Positions 58,866-64,000 of a DNA stretch of 64,000 nucleotides are shown piece by piece. The stretch comes from Escherichia coli (GTDB taxonomy: Bacteria; Pseudomonadota; Gammaproteobacteria; Enterobacterales; Enterobacteriaceae), in the NCBI RefSeq assembly GCF_003334385.1, contig NZ_QOWN01000013.1; one strand, 5' to 3'. The position numbers and the translations under genes are program-made. The notes under the pieces were generated by a model. It saw only the letters and a program-made list of their open reading frames with translations. It made no database searches and was not told the DNA's origin. Within the stretch, counting starts at the first letter, position 1. Each line of letters starts with the position of its first letter.

Positions 58866-61732
58866 ATGGGCATCAAACAACACAATGGGAATACCAAAGC
58901 AGATCGTCTCGCTGAATTAAAAATCCGTTCGCCCTCAATTCAACTGATAAAATTTGGCGCTATTGGTTTGAATGCAATTATCTTTTCCCCCCTGCTGATA
59001 GCTGCTGATACAGGAAGTCAATATGGCACCAATATTACTATTAATGATGGTGACAGAATTACAGGAGATACCGCCGATCCATCAGGAAACCTCTATGGTG
59101 TAATGACCCCAGCAGGAAACACGCCTGGCAATATCAACCTGGGTAATGATGTCACCGTCAATGTCAACGACGCCTCTGGATATGCAAAAGGAATCATTAT
59201 TCAGGGCAAAAACAGCTCCCTGACAGCTAACCGACTCACAGTAGATGTTGTTGGTCAAACCTCTGCCATCGGCATTAACTTAATTGGTGACTATACCCAT
59301 GCTGACTTAGGCACAGGCAGCACCATTAAGAGTAACGATGACGGCATCATTATTGGGCATAGCTCAACACTAACAGCCACTCAATTCACCATTGAAAACT
59401 CGAACGGTATAGGCCTAACCATCAATGACTATGGCACCAGTGTCGATCTTGGAAGCGGAAGTAAAATCACGACCGATGGAAGTACAGGTGTTTATATCGG
59501 TGGTCTCAACGGCAATAACGCCAATGGTGCTGCGCGTTTTACGGCTACAGACCTGACAATCGATGTTCAGGGCTACAGCGCCATGGGGATAAACGTACAG
59601 AAAAACTCTGTTGTCGATCTCGGAACAAACAGTACCATTAAAACCAATGGCGATAATGCTCACGGCCTCTGGAGCTTTGGCCAGGTTAGCGCGAATGCAC
59701 TCACTGTTGATGTAACTGGAGCCGCGGCCAATGGCGTCGAAGTTCGTGGTGGTACAACCACTATCGGTGCAGATAGCCATATTTCTTCCGCGCAGGGCGG
59801 TGGCCTCGTCACCAGTGGTTCAGACGCGATAATCAATTTTACTGGCACGGCAGCGCAACGAAACAGCATCTTTTCCGGCGGTTCTTATGGTGCCTCGGCC
59901 CAGACGGCAACGGCTGTTGTCAACATGCAAAATACCGATATTACAGTTGATCGTAATGGCAGTCTGGCGCTGGGTTTGTGGGCTCTCAGCGGCGGTAGAA
60001 TAACCGGAGACAGTTTGGCTATCACCGGCGCGGCAGGAGCCAGGGGAATTTATGCCATGACCAACAGCCAGATCGACCTCACGAGCGATCTGGTCATTGA
60101 TATGAGTACACCCGACCAGATGGCCATCGCAACGCAACATGACGATGGTTATGCCGCCAGCCGCATCAACGCCTCGGGTCGTATGCTTATCAACGGTAGC
60201 GTTCTTTCCAAAGGTGGGCTAATCAATCTGGATATGCACCCTGGGTCGGTTTGGACAGGTTCCTCCCTCAGCGATAATGTCAATGGCGGAAAACTGGACG
60301 TTGCAATGAATAACAGCGTCTGGAACGTAACAAGTAATTCTAATCTCGACACGCTGGCGCTGAGCCATTCAACTGTCGATTTTGCCAGCCACGGGTCAAC
60401 TGCCGGCACATTTGCCACATTAAACGTAGAGAACCTGAGCGGTAACAGTACCTTTATTATGCGTGCTGATGTTGTTGGCGAGGGTAATGGCGTTAATAAT
60501 AAAGGGGATTTATTGAATATCAGCGGGAGTAGTGCTGGTAATCACGTATTGGCTATCCGCAACCAGGGCAGCGAGGCCACAACGGGAAATGAAGTTCTGA
60601 CAGTGGTAAAAACCACTGACGGCGCGGCCTCGTTCAGCGCGTCTTCTCAGGTTGAGTTGGGGGGATATCTGTACGATGTGCGTAAAAATGGCACTAACTG
60701 GGAGCTTTACGCTTCCGGGACAGTTCCGGAACCGACTCCTAATCCTGAACCCACACCAGCTCCCGCTCAGCCTCCCATAGTCAACCCCGATCCTACGCCT
60801 GAACCCGCTCCCACGCCTAAACCCACCACGACCGCAGATGCTGGCGGCAATTATCTCAATGTCGGTTACTTATTGAACTATGTTGAAAACCGTACGCTGA
60901 TGCAACGGATGGGTGACCTGCGAAATCAGAGTAAAGACGGTAATATCTGGTTGCGCAGTTATGGGGGAAGCCTGGACTCCTTTGCCAGTGGCAAACTGAG
61001 CGGCTTTGACATGGGTTACAGCGGTATCCAGTTTGGTGGGGATAAACGTCTCTCTGATGTAATGCCGTTGTATGTCGGTCTGTATATTGGCTCAACACAT
61101 GCATCGCCGGACTATAGCGGAGGCGACGGTACCGCACGTTCAGACTACATGGGAATGTACGCCAGTTACATGGCACAAAACGGTTTTTACAGCGATCTCG
61201 TTATAAAAGCATTGCGCCAGAAAAATAGTTTCCACGTACTGGACAGTCAGAACAACGGCGTTAACGCCAACAGCACTGCGAATGGAATGAGCATCTCCCT
61301 GGAAGCCGGGCAGAGGTTCAACCTGTCCCCTACTGGTTATGGGTTCTATATAGAGCCGCAAACCCAGCTTACATACAGCCACCAGAATGAGATGACTATG
61401 AAGGCGAGTAATGGCCTCAATATACATCTGAATCACTACGAATCGCTGCTGGGGCGTGCCAGCATGATACTGGGGTATGACATCACCGCAGCAACAGCCA
61501 GCTGAATGTCTATGTGAAGACTGGCGCTATCCGCGAGTTTTCAGGGGATACCGAATATCTGTTGAACAACTCCCGGGAGAAGTACAGTTTCAAAGGTAAT
61601 GGCTGGAATAACGGCGTGGGAGTCAGTGCACAGTATAACAAACAGCACACATTCTATCTCGAAGCGGATTACACGCAGGGTAACCTCTTTGATCAGAAGC
61701 AAGTCAACGGAGGATATCGCTTCAGCTTTTAA
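58866..61732 (+). pseudogene. ycgV: Autotransporter adhesin YcgV, reading frame broken near 61480-61505
   Basis: The passenger and most of the beta-domain lie in one frame (58866-61505, 879 aa, ending ...DITAATAS*). The last ~76 residues including the terminal aromatic ...GGYRFSF lie in the +2 frame (61481-61732). One extra base near 61498-61503 would restore a ~955-aa protein. Confidence 0.75.
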
Positions 61733-61831
61733 GTGCGGGATAGACAAGCCCTTAAACGATGCTGAAAATTGTTAGCGTGCGCCGGAATGAAATACAGATC
61801 ACTCTGATGTATCAGAAATCGTTTCTGTCTT

Positions 61832-63751
61832 TCATACCCGGCGCTTAAACTGCCCTGCATCAATGCCATGTTGCTTCATTTTCCGCCACAGCGTAGTGCG
61901 GCCGATCCCAAGTAAAGCCGACATTTCCTGAATGCGACCGCCTGTGACCTGGGCTGCGTTAATAATTGCCTCTTTTTCAACTTCCGCAAATGACAGACTG
62001 GTGGAAAGGCGGGTGGCGCTGACATCATCTGTCGCCTGCTCGGTAAACAGATGTTCCGGCAAATCACTGACGCGAATGCGCCCGTTATCACTACTCAGAG
62101 CAAGATTCTCGATGACGCTGTAAAGTTCAAAATCGTTGCCTGGCCATGCACAAGAAACCAGGCGAGCGAGGGCATCGTCATCAATTTTCAGCCGCGTAGA
62201 GAAGCGTTTTTCAAGACTGCGTAATTTGTTATTCACCAGCGCCGGAATGCTGCCACGCCGCATACGCAGAGGCGGGATGGTAATTTCAAATGCATGCAGC
62301 GCGTAATACAGCTGGCGACTAAAACGATTTTGTTCCACCAGCATTGCGAGGTCCGCGGTCGTTGTTGCAATCACTTTGACATCAATTGGTATTAAACGCC
62401 GCGCATCCAGTCGCGTGATAACCCCCTGCTTGATAACCTGAAGCAAAGCAGACTGTAACTCCACCGCCAGATATTCAATCTTTTCAAGAAACAGCGTGCC
62501 GCCGTGTGCCAGTTCCAGCCGACTCAGACGGCCATTTTCATTGTCCGTGCGATCGCCACCAATAAATTCTTCCGCCAGCGCAGCATCACCATATAACTCA
62601 CAATTGACGGCGATATAAGGACCTGCAGCACGCTCGCTTTCATTATGAATTGCCTGACTTAGCAGTGCCTTGCCCACGCCCTCTTCTCCACAAAGCAGGA
62701 CAGGAAAGCTACTGCGCGCCGCCTGGCGACCAAAATGAATCAAGCGGCGGGTTTGCGGATCGTCCTGTGGCATATGAGCGAAGGTATGGCTGACTTTTCC
62801 TAATTGACTGGTCATCAACTGCCGCATCTGTTCCACAGGATGGAGCAACAAAATAAAGCTGGTTCCCTGCGTTTCTATTATCGGTTTAAGGGTTATCACC
62901 GCATCAATAAACTGGTGCTGGCTTTCAAAGGTTGCTTCTACGTGTTTGAGCGGATGTGCCTGTTTTATTGCTTGTTGCAATACGGCGGGTAACGTTAAGA
63001 GTTCAGTGATTGCCCGTCCCTGACTTGCCGTCGCGTCAAGGCGCAAGACCCGCGCCGCCTGGGCATTAATAAATTGCAAATTACCCTGCTCGTCCCAGCT
63101 AATCACGCCATCATCCATACTTTCTAACAGGGCATTAAGTTGATTTAAATGACGGTTAGTTTCAGCGAGCAAACTGTCCGTCAGCAGTAAATTTCCGACC
63201 TCGCGGGCGATTGCCAACGTCAACGGCAAATCAGCTGCGGTAGTTTGCTCAACCGGACACGCCAGCGCTATTGTTCCCGTCAATCGGCCCTTGCTGTCAA
63301 ACAACGGCGTTGCACAAAAGGCCCAGTTCCAGAGTACCTGTTTGAAATGTTGATCGGCCATCGTTTTCACGGCCTGACCAGAGATAGCCGCTAACGATAG
63401 CGCACAAGTACCAATAATTCCCTCGGCGCAATACGTGCCGTCATTGAATCCCAGTGCACTTAGCTGCTGCAAGGTTTGCGGATCGCCATTACGGCTGAGA
63501 ATGCAGGCGGTTTCATCGAGGATAAACAGCGCACACTCTCGCGGTGCCATATATTCCCAGGCATCTTCCAGCGCAGCCTGCCCGAGCGTCAGCATCGCTT
63601 TCTTACGCCGATAAATAGAAGCAAATGTCACGCCCTGGGCCTGATGTGGTACGTTCCATGTCTCCCGTTTCATCAGCTTATTGCATCGCTCCCAGGAGGT
63701 TGCAATTAAGGGAGATATGCCCCGACCATCGTTGTTAAAAGCGCCACTCAT
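61832..63751 (-). CDS. dhaR: Sigma-54-type transcriptional activator of the dihydroxyacetone kinase operon
   Basis: 639 aa from MSGAFNNDGRG, with GAF/PAS N-terminal domains, AAA+ sigma-54 interaction domain (GEEGVGKALLSQAIH...) and C-terminal Fis-type HTH. The ORF track extends 3 codons upstream. Confidence 0.93.
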   Translation of the reverse strand: MSGAFNNDGRGISPLIATSWERCNKLMKRETWNVPHQAQGVTFASIYRRKKAMLTLGQAALEDAWEYMAPRECALFILDETACILSRNGDPQTLQQLSALGFNDGTYCAEGIIGTCALSLAAISGQAVKTMADQHFKQVLWNWAFCATPLFDSKGRLTGTIALACPVEQTTAADLPLTLAIAREVGNLLLTDSLLAETNRHLNQLNALLESMDDGVISWDEQGNLQFINAQAARVLRLDATASQGRAITELLTLPAVLQQAIKQAHPLKHVEATFESQHQFIDAVITLKPIIETQGTSFILLLHPVEQMRQLMTSQLGKVSHTFAHMPQDDPQTRRLIHFGRQAARSSFPVLLCGEEGVGKALLSQAIHNESERAAGPYIAVNCELYGDAALAEEFIGGDRTDNENGRLSRLELAHGGTLFLEKIEYLAVELQSALLQVIKQGVITRLDARRLIPIDVKVIATTTADLAMLVEQNRFSRQLYYALHAFEITIPPLRMRRGSIPALVNNKLRSLEKRFSTRLKIDDDALARLVSCAWPGNDFELYSVIENLALSSDNGRIRVSDLPEHLFTEQATDDVSATRLSTSLSFAEVEKEAIINAAQVTGGRIQEMSALLGIGRTTLWRKMKQHGIDAGQFKRRV

Positions 63752-63978
63752 ATCCCGCATCCCTTATGACAAAAGGTGTTCCGGCTCGCAATTTTAAGTA
63801 TTAATACACGTAAAAGTTTCAATATGGAACATTCATTAAAGCATATGTTTCACTATGAAACATAATTTGGGCTAATTTTCTTTTCCCTTGCCTGATGCAC
63901 AATGGATTCATCGGCAGTCAGTGGTCGCCGTGTCGTTGAACATCATCCATGCCCTACCGTAATTGCTGGAGCAAAATA

Positions 63979-64000
63979 ATGAAAAAATTGATCAATGATG
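63979..64000 (+). CDS. dhaK: Dihydroxyacetone kinase subunit DhaK, first 7 codons only (truncated by window end)
   Basis: ATG at 63979 encodes MKKLIND..., divergent from dhaR. Only 22 nt lie in the window. Confidence 0.6.

Overview
This window is conserved Escherichia coli core chromosome, co-linear with the K-12 trp-proximal region read in reverse (ompW to dhaR/dhaK), and I found no undescribed multi-gene system in it. Gene order is ompW, yciCBA, tonB, yciI, kch, clsA, yciU, oppFDCBA, ychE, adhE, insZ remnant, tdk, hns, galU, rssBA, ychJ, purU, the tyrT tRNA locus, narIJHG, narK, narXL, ychO, ychN, chaCBA, the ldr/rdl repeats, kdsA, sirB1/sirB2, prmC, prfA, hemA, lolB, ispE, prs, dauA, ychH, pth, ychF, ycgV, dhaR and the start of dhaK. 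Every long ORF outside these genes is an antisense or repeat artefact. The only accessory DNA is at the left edge, where a lambdoid xis-int module ends 45 bp from the ompW stop codon, marking the right end of a prophage or integrative element that continues beyond the window. The points worth a second look are strain-level differences from what I recall of K-12: three identical tRNA-Tyr genes instead of two, two ldr/rdl toxin-antisense copies instead of three, a frameshift splitting the ycgV autotransporter, and a possibly longer OmpW. All K-12 comparisons are from memory, not from a search.
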